A stretch of DNA of 64,000 nucleotides from Chlorokybus atmophyticus (Eukaryota > Plantae > Mesostigma and Chlorokybus algae): contig RHPI01002533.1 of assembly GCA_009103225.1 (NCBI GenBank), positions 152,841-216,840 on the forward strand, in the 5' to 3' direction. The position numbers were made by a program, and so were the translations under genes. The notes beneath the pieces are model-generated. The model had not been told where the DNA came from, searched no databases, and worked only from the letters and a program-made list of their open reading frames with translations. Every line of letters begins with the position of its first letter. Positions within the stretch are counted from its first letter, which is position 1. Positions 11,398 to 24,863 of this stretch are shown here, one piece after another.

Positions 11398-14133
11398 CTA
11401 ATGCCTCCAAAGCTTGAGAACTCTGTCTTTGCCACCAGAAGCCACGCGCTGACCGTCTGGACTCCAATCAACTGTGAAAACCTGCACAAGAAGGCTGGTT
11501 GTATTGTGCACTGACAAGTCGCGCCGTTCTGTACATACATGCGCGGAAATCACACTGCGCTGCTCAACAATGTGCCCACTGATACCTCATCCGCATGACC
11601 TGGAAGGTCTTCCTTCAGCCTTCTCGTGCGTATTTCCCAAGCCTGCAGCAGTGCAATGAGTGCAGTCTTCACAGTCAACAGCAAGTCACCACACAGTACG
11701 GAGCTCAACTTACATAAAAGTGCAGCACAGTACAGAGCTCAAGTCACCAAGTCACAAGACAACTGCGCGCCTACCTTCATTGTGCTGTCTTTGCTGCCAC
11801 TAACCAGGATTCGGCTATCTGGTGACCAGCTGCAAGGCAACCACCGACAAGTTAGCACGTGGTTGGCTACAGTCTGCTGAGCTACTGTGCTTCAACCCAC
11901 AATCCCTGCATTCTATATGTTGTACAACCAACTACGTAGGCACAGCTCTCTCTTGCTGTCTTTTGGAGTACGTCAACAAGGGGTAAAGCTTAACGCCGCA
12001 GCTCACCTTATTTGGTACACAGGGCCAACATGTCCTCGCAACGTTGTCACAAACTTCCCGGTAAAGCCATCCCACAACTTTACGGACTTGTCAAAGGAGG
12101 CGCTTGCAATCCATCGCCCGTCAGGTGAGAAGCAGACATGGTTGATGAGCTGCAAGAACCATGTGTCACTTCTGTTGAAGCCAAGACCACAGGTTGCAAA
12201 TCTGCTGCGCAAAGATGTTGCATGCTAAAACGCACTTGCATGTGTCCTGTCATTCGCGCCAATGGCTTGTTGCCTGCTGATGGTTCCCACAAAAACAACG
12301 TGAAGTCATCTGAGCCCGAGACTAACCGCTCTCTTCCGCCCTCAAGAGCTGCATTGTACCGTACAAGTGCTGCCTGCGTTTGTGCAAACCCACAAAACAC
12401 ATCAATTGCGACCTCACAGTAGCACAGTGAACGACAACCCGCAAAGCTTCAGGCTTGAAAGACAACCAGCCAGATGCAGCAGATGCCGTAACCAACCTGT
12501 TGCATTTCTTCGTTGGAGCGAAACTTCTTATCAGTATGATGGTCGAACGGACCAGTGCGCAATGCAAACTCCGTGCTCAACGCAAGCGTGTTCACCCAGT
12601 GCCCATGCCCCTGAGACATTAGCAAGGTTTGCAATAGCAACCAAGTATGGTTCAGGTGGACATCAGCAACCAGTTGAGGGCACTGCAACAGCCATGCAAG
12701 CGTACCTTCAATGTGCGTATAAGCTTGCCTTGTGTTGTCTCCCAAACATGTATGGATGTGTCTCGTGAACTGGCGGGACAACCAAACCTCAGAGTGTGCA
12801 TGCATGAGCTTATATCATCAAATGATGACACCCACTTGTGAACATGGACATGTGCTAGCCTTACCTGGAGTAGAGCAGACCATCTCCACCCCACTTGACG
12901 CAGCTAACAGCCATTGCATGCGCCGACATCGACAAGGTGCAGCGCCTCGACTGCGCATCCCACACGCGGACTCCGCCATCCTTGGATGCGCTTGCAAGCC
13001 TTCTGCAAGGCACCATCAGATGGGCAGGCTCCCAAGCGAGGGATGTAATCCACTTTTTGTGACCCTGAGTGCGGGCCATCAACAAACATCACCACAAGCT
13101 GCTCTAATGTACAGCCCCTAGCGGCAAGCTAGCCTACTATCAAGGTGTGATGCAGCACCTTCAAGGGGCCACCCAAGGGTTGACCAGTAGCAGGGTCCCA
13201 AAGGCGAAGATCCCCGTCCATACCACCGCTTGCAAGTAGCTTTGCATCGGGAGACCATGCAATCACCAACACCCAGTTGCTGTGCCCTGCAACACATCAC
13301 CAACTTGAGCCCCTGCGCTTCCCTGACTTCATCGAACTGTACCTTTGCATGTGTGTAGCGGAGTCTCTGTGCTAAGGTCCCATAAGCGCACGGTGGTGTC
13401 CCCCGAGCCACTTGCTAACCGCTGCCCATCAGGACTAAAGCTGACCGAGAGAACCGCTTCAGCATGGCCTGCATATCACGGATCAATGTGGAGTAGCAGG
13501 TGCCACATGCTACTGTGTCGAAGCTATATGAAGCTGATGAATGTGTCGAGAACAATGATAAAAAGAGACGCAGTTGAGTCCCTGTTGTTACCTGCAATTG
13601 TTGACGAGCACCTTGTGACGGCACGCACCCGGAAGATTGCCTGAGGCCTGTAGACAATGCGCAAGACGGCCTCCACAGACACTGCAACAACCACTCATTT
13701 CAAATGAAACTTATTGCTGCTGCAGGTTACTCGTACCAAACATGACCACAAGTGGAAAGCAAAGCATAGCACATTGAGCACCTGCGTTTTGCTGCATGTG
13801 CTGGCCGAGCTCGCCAGCAAGCTCAACATCATTGACGTAGAAAGCATATGGCAGGCGCTCATCCTGCATGCAAGCATCTCAAAGCATATGGCAGGCGCTC
13901 ATCCTGCAGCATGCCATCTGCACTGTCGCATGCACGTGCGTTTGTGTCCTGGAGACATGCATAGCAGTGCATGATAGCACTGCACTACTTGCATGTTTGA
14001 GCAGGTTGTTGAGCACGGCTTCAAGCTGCTCCGGGGTGGCGCTTTGCGGCAAGTCCAACTGCGGCCCGGCAGACGCTCCAGCAGCATCCACAAGCTGCGC
14101 AATCACATTGCCAGCTGCCGCCACAGCGTCCAT
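11398..14133 (-). CDS. NLE1: Notchless homolog (NLE domain + WD40 repeats; 60S biogenesis factor Rsa4)
   Basis: N-terminal [16 protein letters not shown]; WD repeats [68 protein letters not shown]|[10 protein letters not shown]...[10 protein letters not shown]. Many short GT-AG introns; stop TAG at 11398-11400. Confidence 0.95.
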
Positions 14134-14694
14134 AGGGGTTTCTGTCGGTCACTCGCACCAAACGCTACCAACGCAAGGACCTAAACTGACTTTAAAGCTC
14201 AACGACAAGGTCGCCTGCAAGTGTCAACCTACAAGCTGTACTTTCACTACGTGCAACCACAAGCTTGCTCTAGCCTCGGGCTACAACTTGAACTAGAAGT
14301 GCGGCAATTGTGTAGCTGCCTCAGCTCAAGCATGCCGAAAGACAAAGGAAAGAAAGCACCGCAACACTCTCCGTCTCCAGTGCAAGAACCTCGCAGTCAG
14401 TCCTCACGCCCTTCAGTTGAGCGCTCCTACCAGCCACCACCTCAGAGGCAACAAGCTGCACCAACAACACCACCAAAACCACCCCCTCCCCAGCCAGCAG
14501 CTCCGGCAGCACGCAGAGAGCAAGCACAGCGCTAAGCAGCGGCGGCGGCGGCGGCGGCGGTGCAGCCGGCAAGCTACTGAACGCTCAGCTGCACTGCGCC
14601 GACAATCTACCACTGTCGGTGCTGCCACCAACCAATCGGTGGCAAGGCATTATCGCCGACAGTGGCGCTCAAGCTGACGACGGCGGGCGGCAGC

Positions 14695-17600
14695 ATGGCG
14701 GCGGCAACGGCCGCGGCGGCGACGGGCATGGCCGTGTCGTCGCCGTCGTCGGTAGTCGTGGTCAGGGGATTGGCGTTCAGAGATATCGCTGCGCCCCTTG
14801 CGAGCGCCCCTCGTCCCTCGCAGCTGCTGCTGCGCAGCAGCAGGCGCCAGGGCGGCGGGATCGCCGCCTTCTCGCAGCACAGCGCGAGCAGCAGGAGGAG
14901 GGTAGAAGCGCGCAGGCCTCTGCAACTGACTTGCGTGCTTGCGCCTGACGCTGCCGCCACTGCGCAGACTGAGCAGAAGCTTGAGGTACAAGAAAAAGCT
15001 TCCCACCTTTGGTTTCGGTTGCCTCCACATTGTGCTCACCCACCGTTGATTGAAAGCCTTAACTGTGCATGAGCCTCCAAACCTTAAGCGCCATCGCACT
15101 TGTGTGCGAAGCCACACAAGTGCGATGGCGCTTAAGGTTTGGAGTCAAAACTCACAGTCTTTGCAGTACCCGCTTTGCTGTGAGCTCAGAACCGTTCATA
15201 GCGCATGGCGCTTGCCCCCCCCCCCCCCCCCNGGGTTTGAACCATAGCGCATGGCGCTCCCCCCCCCCCCCCCTCCCTTCCCTTCACAGTTGATCGCTTA
15301 ACACCGAGCAGTCACATTTGCACAAGCATTCCCTGTGTGCACAAGTGATCACGGCACAAGGCAAATGTAGGCAGGGTGCAACTCACGTGGGACCACATGA
15401 AAAACATGGTATTGCACGTGCTTGGCATCAAGTTGACTTGGATGGCATTCACTTGGCGATGTTGTGCGCGTGGCTGCTTTGATCCGTGTCATACTTGCTA
15501 CGTCTGCCGCAACAGCTTGTATGGTTGTTCCATCCTTGAGGTCACAGGGCTGGTCGAAAGGGATGTTCAGGTGCTGCTTGTGTTGGGTGAGTATGTACTT
15601 GTAATCAGCTAATGGTTACCTCGTTGTCTCAGGCTGGAACATTTCCGGCACCCGGGCGCAATGGGGAGGTGGGGTACACGGTTGTCATGAAGTTCGGGGG
15701 GTCCAGCGTTGCGACGGCTCACCGCATGAAGGAAGTTGCCAATCTCGTTATGTCATTCAGGGATGAGCGGCCGATCATTGTGCTGTCAGCAATGGGAAAA
15801 ACTACCAATGCGCTCATCAGGGTAAGCGTGAGAGCAGGTGCTGTTTGCTGTGTCTTAGCATGTCTTCAGAGGTTGCAGCTAGCATAAGATGGATGCTTCC
15901 CAACAAGGCGTTATTTGTTCTCCATAGGCAGGTGAGCAGGCTGTTGAGCACGGCTACGATCAAGATTTCCTGGAGGAGTCGTTGACGACTGTCAAGCAGC
16001 TACACTACACGTGAGACAGTCTCCCCGAGTGAAGTCATGGATCTGATAGTGTATGACCGCAGCACAGCGCTCGGGGAGGGGGGCACTGCTTATAAACCTG
16101 CATGTGTGGCAGGACTGCGGATGAGCTAGGAGTGTCGCGTGAGGTTGTCAAAGGTAGCAACAATGCACATTGCGGTTATCTTGATGAGAGTATCTGCATG
16201 GCAATGCTGCTCGTTGCATGTAGTTACTATTCACATGTGTCCTCAACAGGTCTGCTGGAGGAGTTGACTCAGCTCCTGACTGGTGTCTCGTTGATGCGCG
16301 AGCTCACCAGCCGCACATTGGATTACTTGGTTTCTTTCGGCGAGCGCATGTCAACACGCCTGTTCTCTGCTTACCTAGTGACGCTGGGCGTGATGTCCAA
16401 ACAGCACGACGCTTGGGATATTGGCTTCATTACTACGGACGATTTCACCAATGGAGACATTTTGCCAGAGACTTACCCTGCAGTAGCTGCTGCATTGAAG
16501 CCCAAGGCTGATGAGCCGCCACACGTGCCTATCGTGACAGGCTTTCTGGGAAGGGTACGGTGTCATGCTGGTGCTAGCTATGAGTGTGAAGTGTGGGGTT
16601 TGAGGTGCACGATGTGGTTTAGGATATGTGTACACAAGCATTGCTTTCATCAGGGCAAAGACACCAAGGCTATCACAACCCTTGGGCGAGGTGGTAGCGA
16701 CTTGACTGCAACTGTCCTTGGCGCAGCGCTTGGGCTAAGGGAGGTGCAGGCAAGTGCGGTTCTTCTGGCGCTATTGATTGAATTTTGTTTATCTCTCGTG
16801 GTTCCAAGTGCAAGCAGCGCATGTAGCTACTCCTGAGCACATTTGGTGCTTCGGTGATATATATATATATATATATATATATGGTTCAGCACTCGTCCGT
16901 GATTGAGGCATTTTGAGTCAGATTTACAAGTCAGGCTTCCTGACTGTGACAAAATGAGACAGGATGCTGCTGCACGCCCTTGCCAGGCAGTTGCGTATTG
17001 TTTAGACAATCAGACTGTACCTGCCAACGACATTACAGCTGACGCGTGTTGTGGTTTTCTCAGGTTTGGAAAGATGTAGATGGTGTCTTGTCTAGTGATC
17101 CCAACATAGTGCCCACTGCATGTACGGTACCATACCTTACCTTCGACGAGGCTACGGAGCTGGCATACTTTGGCGCCACAGTGTTGCACCCTCAGAGCAT
17201 GAGGCCTTCAATGAAGTGCAATGTGCCTGTGCGAGTAAAGAATTCCTACAACCCCACGCACCCCGGCACGCTTATTGCTTGCGAGCGAGACCTGAGCAAG
17301 GTGATAGTCTAGCATCTGCAAGCATAGCTCAATATCGATGCGGTCATCCCCATGCTTCTCGCTGTTGCCTTGCCTTGATGTGCCCTTGTTGCAGACGCTG
17401 CTCACAAGCATTGTCGTGAAGAAGAATGTCACTATGCTGGACATCGTCAGCTCTAGAATGTTGGGCCAGTATGGCTTTTTGGCAAAGGTGCGCTTTTTCC
17501 ATTGCACCATGACAGTGGCATGACATCTTGTGATGGCCTACTGCCTATCAAGTCAAAGGCATACGGCTATGCACGTAGAGTGCCTTCACAGAAGGGTTTC

Positions 17601-18351
17601 TGACCTTATGCATGCACTGGCTCACTCAGGTATTTTCCATTTTTGAGGATCTGAAGATATCGGTAGACGTTGTGGCAACCAGTGAAGTCAGTGTATCTCT
17701 TACCCTAGACCCAGCCAAGCTGTGGAGCCGCAGCCTGATTCAACAGGTCCGCTGTCCCACCCTGATCTGTTGCGCTGGCTTGCACCCGCAACCTGCAGCA
17801 GCTGCACGCGCACAGGCAGAAGCTGCTGCATCAGCTCCCTTTTGTGTAATATGCCACTCGCACTCGCAGGAGTTGGACAATTTGTTGGAGAGATTTCAGA
17901 ACATTGCTCAAGTACGACTGCAACAACATAAGGCTATTATCAGTCTCATCTGCAACATTCAAAGGTCAAGTGAGGTGCTGGAGAAGGTGAGACTGGTGAA
18001 CGATTTGTTGTTGTGTGGCGGCTTGTAATATGTGGTCAGCGAAGTTTCCTGAGGTTGCGTTGATGGTGCTCCTCAGGCGTTTCGAGCGTTTCGCAAAGCT
18101 GGTGTCAATGTGCAGATGATATCCCAAGGAGCATCCAAGGTAAGTAATCTGCACTCTGCGCTTGCATTGATTGTGTGATTGTCAGCCCGAGCAGTGCTGC
18201 TTCGTTGAGTTGCTCTTTACTGTACTGAATGCAGGTGAACATTGCCATCCTTGTGGACAACAGTCAAGCGGAGGCATGCGTGCAATTGTTGCATGACGAG
18301 TTCTTCGCTGAACAATGCCAACATTATAATGACGAGATCGTGTCACGCTGA
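14695..18351 (+). CDS. AK: Monofunctional aspartate kinase with plastid transit peptide
   Basis: Exon 1 (14695-14985) is Ala/Ser/Arg-rich, like a transit peptide. Later exons: VMKFGGSSVA, IVLSAMGKTTN, LDYLVSFGERMSTRLF, TTLGRGGSDLTA, VWKDVDGVLSSDP, EATELAYFGATVLHP, and ACT domains (ISVDVVATSEVSVSLTLDP, VQMISQGASK). Stop TGA at 18349-18351. Confidence 0.95.
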
Positions 18352-19118
18352 GTAGAGGTCACCACAATGCGCGTACAGTCTATGCATCTACCTGCATACC
18401 GTACACAGTGTAACGTTGTATGAATTTATGCTGAGCTTAGAAAGCAGTTTCTGGTGTCTTATTTTTGTAAGGTTATGCACACAGTTGGCCGTCGAGAATC
18501 AGGCAGACTCGCTTTGTTGTGATTGGCTGACCGGGCGCATAAATACTGAGCCTTCACCTAGCATGTGTATCCAACACTGTCAGAATCCTACAGACTTCTA
18601 CACTACGCTCTCCACGTAAATTAGGAACATTGCATGATTCATGGTGTCAATGCAAGCGCCACCATGGGAGCTTGCATGTTCAGCCAAGCGTCCTGGGCTT
18701 GGAAGCCGACTGCTGACCAACCATGGGCGCCACAGTCTGTCCGGCACCGCGTGCCGACATCCACTAGAGGCTGCAATAGCTTTTGTTCGCAGACCAATGC
18801 TACACTGTCGTACAACAACGGAGTTCAGGCACTGCAAAAGTCATCAACCACCAGACAATGTGCATGCAGCACATTTGTACATCAATCTCAAGCATACCTC
18901 ACCAAATTACCTGCTTGTGGATGGGCAATGAAGTGACCTTGGACTTGAGGCCACTGCTTTTTCAACAAACTGTGCAAGCCCACAAAGTTGCTTGAGGCTA
19001 TAAGATCATACCCAGCACACGAAAGAGTACGTACCAACAGTTGACACCTTGGAGAGAAGCGCTGTGTGCAGTTGCATGGAATAGTCGAAGTTGGGCCAGT
19101 AATGGCAGATCATGTCTC

Positions 19119-21018
19119 TCAGGCGGTCCCGTCAAGCATGAAATTCCTTGGGGAGAACTCGCCCAATGCTGCTAACTCGCTTTCAAGGTCAACGTGGTCA
19201 AAGTATTCGTCAAGTGGCTCTATCTTGATATGATGTTTGGGATCCTTGGGATCCTTGCTAACATGCGTGGCAACACGTAGCTTCTTCAGAGGCGGAGGAT
19301 TGGCTATCAACTCCTGCGCTCTTGATGGTAGAGACTTAATGCGCAAACACCTTTGTACATGCTTCTGGCAATGTGGCCGTAGAAGTGTTAGCAACCCGTT
19401 CCGACCTCCTGTGTCAGGCAAGGACCAAATGCAAGCAACAAACCTGCAGCCGTCGCTGTGTTACAGCGTCAAGCGCCTCCAAGTCAATTCTTGGTCGGTG
19501 TGTACCAGAAGCGCTTGCTCCCATGCCATCAGCAACAATCCGACCGGCACTCTCTAGATCTGGCCCCGTAAGTTTTGCAAGGTCTGAGCTTAACTGTTTC
19601 TTGTCTGCAGGCCGCAAAGGTCCACACTTCACCAGGCAATCTTGCTTGATGTCCTCAAGATGCTGATCTGCCTCATTGAGTGAGCGTGAAAGGTCCTGTG
19701 CAAACCAGAGTGTGCAACAGTAAGTTGAGCAAGTGACTAACAGTTAGACAGATAACTCCTGCTCCACAGCACTCAATGCAAGCATGTTACACACACAACC
19801 CAATGCGCATTGTTGCTCTTTGGAATCGACGAATGCACGATGCATGTCTGAGAAGCATGCGGCTGACCTCCAGCTCTTTGGTGCAAGCAACCTCGGCAGC
19901 GTTCAGGGTGTGGCCCAAAGCATCCAAAAGTGCATCCTCCTCTTTCTGGCGGGCAATCTCCTGAGCCAGTTTGGTATCCGTGAACGACTTCCACTTGGCT
20001 TCGAACAGAGCCGAAAGCGTGTTGGCCATGTCGTACACAGCATCATCTGGTTCATTGTACGTTTTGGCGTTGCTGCGACATACAGTTGTTAGTACATGTA
20101 GAACTACACCGCAACACTGGCGGAACTCAACTTTGCGCAAGCAAGCAAGCAAGCAAGCAAACGCTTTAGTTACCTGAAAACTAACCGAACATCAGCTGCA
20201 AAACCAGCTGGCTCGTAATATGACTGTTTCTCAAGCCGAGTTCTGATTGTGCTAAAGTCCATAGGATGCGTGATGATGTCATGGTAATCATGCAAGCCTA
20301 GCTCTTCTGCATCCACGGGTTCTGTGAACGGGTGCGCCAACTTGTGATTGCTGAGCTGCACGCGAATGCAATGTTGGTCAATCGCCAATCTTGTGGTCAG
20401 TCTACAATGCATTATTCAACAATTCCAAAGCGTTCTACCTGTCGCAGGATTCCGCTGCAATGCTTGAACAGATCCAGCTGCCTCTTGTTGCGCGCTGCAT
20501 CAACTTTTTCCCTCTCTGCTTTTGCCTTGGCTGATGGCTTGCGTTTCTTGCCTGAAGCTGGCGCCTTACCAGATTTTGCAACCTTGTTTAGCTGCTTCTC
20601 CAGCTGGCAGACATCCGCAGAACTAGTAAAACCATTGAAGGAGGGCAAGTTTATGTTTGAAACAAGTGAGGATATGCCTCTCAGGGGCTCCATCATGCAA
20701 CAACTGCTTCGGCGCACGAAGGGTTTACCAAAACACCAACACATCCAGTCAACATGCAAAACGCTATGCCAATGTGCCCTCCACCTGGTCCACGCTGCGA
20801 GTGAGTTCCGCCAGCTGTCGTCTCACAACTTTCTGAAGGTCTTCAGGGGTTTGAACCGCTCCCGCAGCCGCAGCTGCAGGTGACGAACCCGCAGGCGCAG
20901 CAGCTGAAATGGGAAAGGCGGGCGCAGCTGGCACCACCACAGCCGGTACCTTGAGTTTCCCTGCGCCACCTCCCCCTCGTCCCCTGCCAAAACCTGCCCC
21001 TCCACCAATGGCAGCCAT
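19119..21018 (-). CDS. GTE: Bromodomain + extra-terminal (GTE/BET, GTE1/GTE6-like) protein
   Basis: Bromodomain [31 protein letters not shown]...ADVRLVF|NAKTYNEP...VYDMA. ET domain [12 protein letters not shown]...[16 protein letters not shown]. Spliced. Confidence 0.88.
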
Positions 21019-22057
21019 TACCGCTGAAAACGACCGCGACAACGACGACGACGACCCCGCCAATGCCGCCGCCGCCGCCGCAAAACCCTAAAACTGGCAG
21101 TACGGATGCACGTACACAGAACATGATGAGGACACACTCAATGACGGTCGTAAGGTACTGACCGCGCCTTTTTTGGTACCGCTTGTCGGACTCATACGTA
21201 TCAACCCTGCATGCCCCACAAACTGTGCTTGTAACCCGCTGCCCAAATGAAAATTTGCTTGTTCAGCGCTGCTTGCCGCCATAGCTGCCTACATGACAGT
21301 TAGGGTTTCAAAGCAGATCGATGATGCCGCCGTTTGGTAGCGGTTGAAGTCGGGGTAGGTGGTGGCGGCGGCGGCGGTCTCGTTTACATCCGGGCGCGGT
21401 GCGGTACGGGACGTCATCTCTCCCTTCTCCGTGTTCACATTCGAGGCGTTCTCTCTGGTACACATGAGGGCTGTTGACCAAAACGGGAGCAGTCGCCCAA
21501 TGCATGCGTGGTGCAGTGACTCTACGCTGCCCCTCTTCTTGGCACCTTAGCTGCATCGGCATTGCCCGTGTTGCATTAGCAGTTGGTTGTGCTGTGGTGC
21601 CTTGTATCATGCTAGTGGATTGCTGCCTTCGTCAGTGGTCAAGCGTTGGCCGTGGTGAGTCCAGTGGTCTTGGGTTCATTCACACAGTATCCAACAGCCG
21701 GACGTTGGGCGTAACGCGCTGCACGTGATGGGTGGGAGCAAAAGCATTGGCGTTTTTTGTGGGGATGGAGCCTGGATGACTTTGGATGTGTGGATGCATG
21801 GCTGCGAGTGCTGCGTTCCTGCCTGCCGGCATGCTTGCTTAGCTAGTGAGGATGCGCAAACTGGCGGGAGCTTACCGGATGCTTAGCTTGGTCATGGAGC
21901 ATGAATACCTGCTCCATGCTTCACGCTGGCCGCGGCTTCGGCATGGTTCGTTAGTGCAGTTATTAAGCTCCAACCACCACGAGCCGGGGGCCAATGGCAT
22001 ATCTTCGCTTGGTGGTTTTGGCTTACGTGTTGCATCTGGCACAGACAGTCACTCAAG

Positions 22058-24057
22058 ATGAGTCGAGCCAGCAGCCGCACCATTTATGTCGGCAACTTGC
22101 CTGGTGATGTGCGGGAGCGCGAGATCGAAGACCTGTTCTACAAGGTGTGTTGCATGCAAATTGCATGGACCATGATGCCATCTGGCGACTTTCGAAACCA
22201 GGGTTAGGCTCTGGTACTTGTGTGCGTGAGTCTTGGACTCACAGGCTATTTTGTAAGTGCACTCGCTGAATTTGTTGTTATGTATTACAGTATGGGCGCA
22301 TCATTGAGATTGACTTGAAGCTTCCCCCCCGCCCACCTGGCTACTGCTTCATTGAGGTACACCTCTTGACATCTTCACCTCAACAGCTGCTAGCACTGGT
22401 TCACAAAGAGACATGCTTTGCGTGTAGTTTGAAGATCCTCGAGATGCTGAAGACGCCATTAGGGGCCGCGATGGATATGACTTTGACGGCAACAAGCTCA
22501 GGGTATGGCATGCTTGCCATGGTGTGTCGTAGTATGCTGTAGAGTGTGCGTTATGGATGCCACTGGCATTACAGTGCCTTTGGCTCATCTGCTTGCGTTC
22601 ACCGTTGTACTGTGCATCACCTATAGGTGAGCGCCAAGAGAGGCAATCGCTTCGACAGAGTGCGTCATTGCAAATTACTTTAGTGAAGGCACGCACCGGA
22701 CCATTTTGCAAACCACAGCAGTGGTACAATCTGTTCTTTTGTGGCTGTCAGGTGGAACTGGCACATGGTGGATCGCGAGGCGGAGGAGGTGGACACGGTG
22801 ATGGTTATCGTGGTGACCGCTTCAATTCTGGACGTGTTGGTGGGATCTCGCGCCATTCCGAGTTTCGGGGTACAGTTTCTGCACATTTGGTTATGCTTGT
22901 GCCGCGTGTGTCATGACCGCCTGTATCAGGCACTGATGTTGACATCTTGTTTGCCTTGTACAGTAATCGTCAGCAACCTACCACCTTCAGCATCATGGCA
23001 AGACCTTAAGGTTTGCTGCTGCTACTGCGCTTACTTAATGTTTCTGCAGGATCAAGCCAATCTGACATTGGCATGCATCATGTCAGGACCACATGCGCAA
23101 GGCTGGCGATGTGTGCTTTGCACAGGTGTTCAAGGATGGCGCAGGTAGTCATGTGTACAATCTTAATTGTGTGCGTGTGCCTGTGTGTGGGTCACATGCT
23201 GACATGGGGCTGTGATTAGCAGGCATGGCAGGCATAGTGGATTACAACACTGCAGAGGACATGAAGTATGCCGTGAAGAAGCTAGATGACTCGGAGTTCC
23301 GCAACCCGTTCGCCAGAACATACATTCGGGTATGATAAGCACTGCATGTGATGGTTTTGAACTGGAAGGACTCAGGTATCACTTCTGTTCAGGTGAGGGA
23401 GGAAAAAAGCAGTGGCAATCGTGGCAGGTATTGCTGCAGTTATGCCCTGTGACATAGTAGTTCATTCGTATGGCGGGTTGGTAAATGCATCAGTTATGTT
23501 AGTATTAACCTTATGTCATTTCAAACTGCAGGAGCCGTTCTCCTCGCAAGAGCAAGCGCTCGTATTCCCGCAGCGCGTCAAGGTGAGCATCTTGCAACGT
23601 GAGCTGCATAGTACTGTTGCAGATGCAATTGGTTGACATGTTGCCACGGTGTGTTCAGGTCACGTTCCCGCTCTCGGTCGCGGTCGCGGTCACAAAAGCG
23701 CTCGGTAATTACTGTTGCTTGGTGCATGTAGCGCCATGCATGCCACACCCTATGACGAATATTGATTTCACTATAGTATTGACATTTAAGTTGCTGGCAT
23801 GTGTTCTGCAGCCATCAGCGTCAAGGAGCAGAAGCAAGAGTCCCAGCAAGAGCCGCAGCAAGAGCCGTAGCAGGAGCCCTGCAAGTAAGAGCCGCAGTCC
23901 GTCTCCTGCGGCAAAGCGAAGCCCAAGTCCAGCTGCAAATGTAAGCACTTGCAGCTGGACTGCGGCATTACTCCTTGAGTTACTCATGCGCTGCACTGAC
24001 TGAGTTTGCATGCAGGGTGTGGATGACAACCAGCGCAGCCCGTCACCTGCAGCCTAA
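22058..24057 (+). CDS. SR34: SF2/ASF-type serine/arginine-rich splicing factor (SR30/SR34-like)
   Basis: RRM1 [22 protein letters not shown]|YGRI...[11 protein letters not shown]|[11 protein letters not shown]. Pseudo-RRM with SWQDLK|DHMR and [11 protein letters not shown]-terminal RS domain. About 12 short exons; stop TAA at 24055-24057. Exact SR30 vs SR34 orthology is not resolvable. Confidence 0.95.
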
Positions 24058-24863
24058 AGATGTAGGCACTGTAGATACGTTAGTCCTGCCTCCCCGAGTG
24101 AGCAGTTTCCTTCCCTAGGCGCGAGCGAGTCGCTGTTGGTCTGGAGCGCAAGGAACTTGCTTTTTAACTTGCAACCTTGGGGTAGTTGGTTTCTTGTCTG
24201 TGCACCCACATGCTGCCTTGCAGCAGTAGAAATCAAGCGAAGCTTATGGCAGTGCCACAAGGTTTACTCGCCTGGTTTCAGAATGCTTACACACATGCGC
24301 TTATGGCTGTTTTCTTAATGCACTAGTAACCGCATTGCATAAAGCGATAAACTGTCAGGCCATGATGTTGTTTCGCTCCTATTGCGGTTTTCTTATGACC
24401 ACTGGCCTGCTGAGGTACATAACATACCAAATTAGTGTATAACGTTGTGAAACAGTCTATAGGGTACAGTACTGAAACAGCAAGTAGGCAATGGCAAGGC
24501 AACCACAAACTAGAGCCATGGGCTGGGCTGCTATGTGCCACGCAGAGTTGGATGGTCCCCACGCCAACGTCAGCGCCCAAGTTTACTTGGGGAGAGCAAG
24601 GGGAGCGCAGGGTGGGGCGGTCAAAGGCAGAGGCAAGACCTGCAAGTAGACCCACGACGAGGAATCTCGACGCGGACTTCACAATGCTCTACACCCCTGC
24701 CTCCTCTGCCGCCATAGTACACGATCTTGTACCCTTGCAGCGGCCTTTGGTACATGTACCTGGGTGTTGTTGGATTGGATTGGTGTGGTTGTGTGTGGCT
24801 TGATCTGAGCTTAGTGCATTAGGGGCTGTAGTTGCATTCGTTGCAGTTGTTGCACAGACGCCA

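Noticed and set aside
13840-13915. Short local duplications (NLE1 intron; also 5770-5910 and 34720-34782) and a (TA)n run at about 16857-16882
   Set aside because: Ordinary slippage or tandem duplications with no further structure.
15205-15280. Duplicated CATAGCGCATGGCGCT + poly-C around an N in the first AK intron
   Set aside because: Typical homopolymer or scaffolding artefact.
21308-21610. 100-aa minus-strand ORF between the GTE and SR genes
   Set aside because: No motifs or splice support. It lies in a probable bidirectional promoter/UTR region with telo-boxes.
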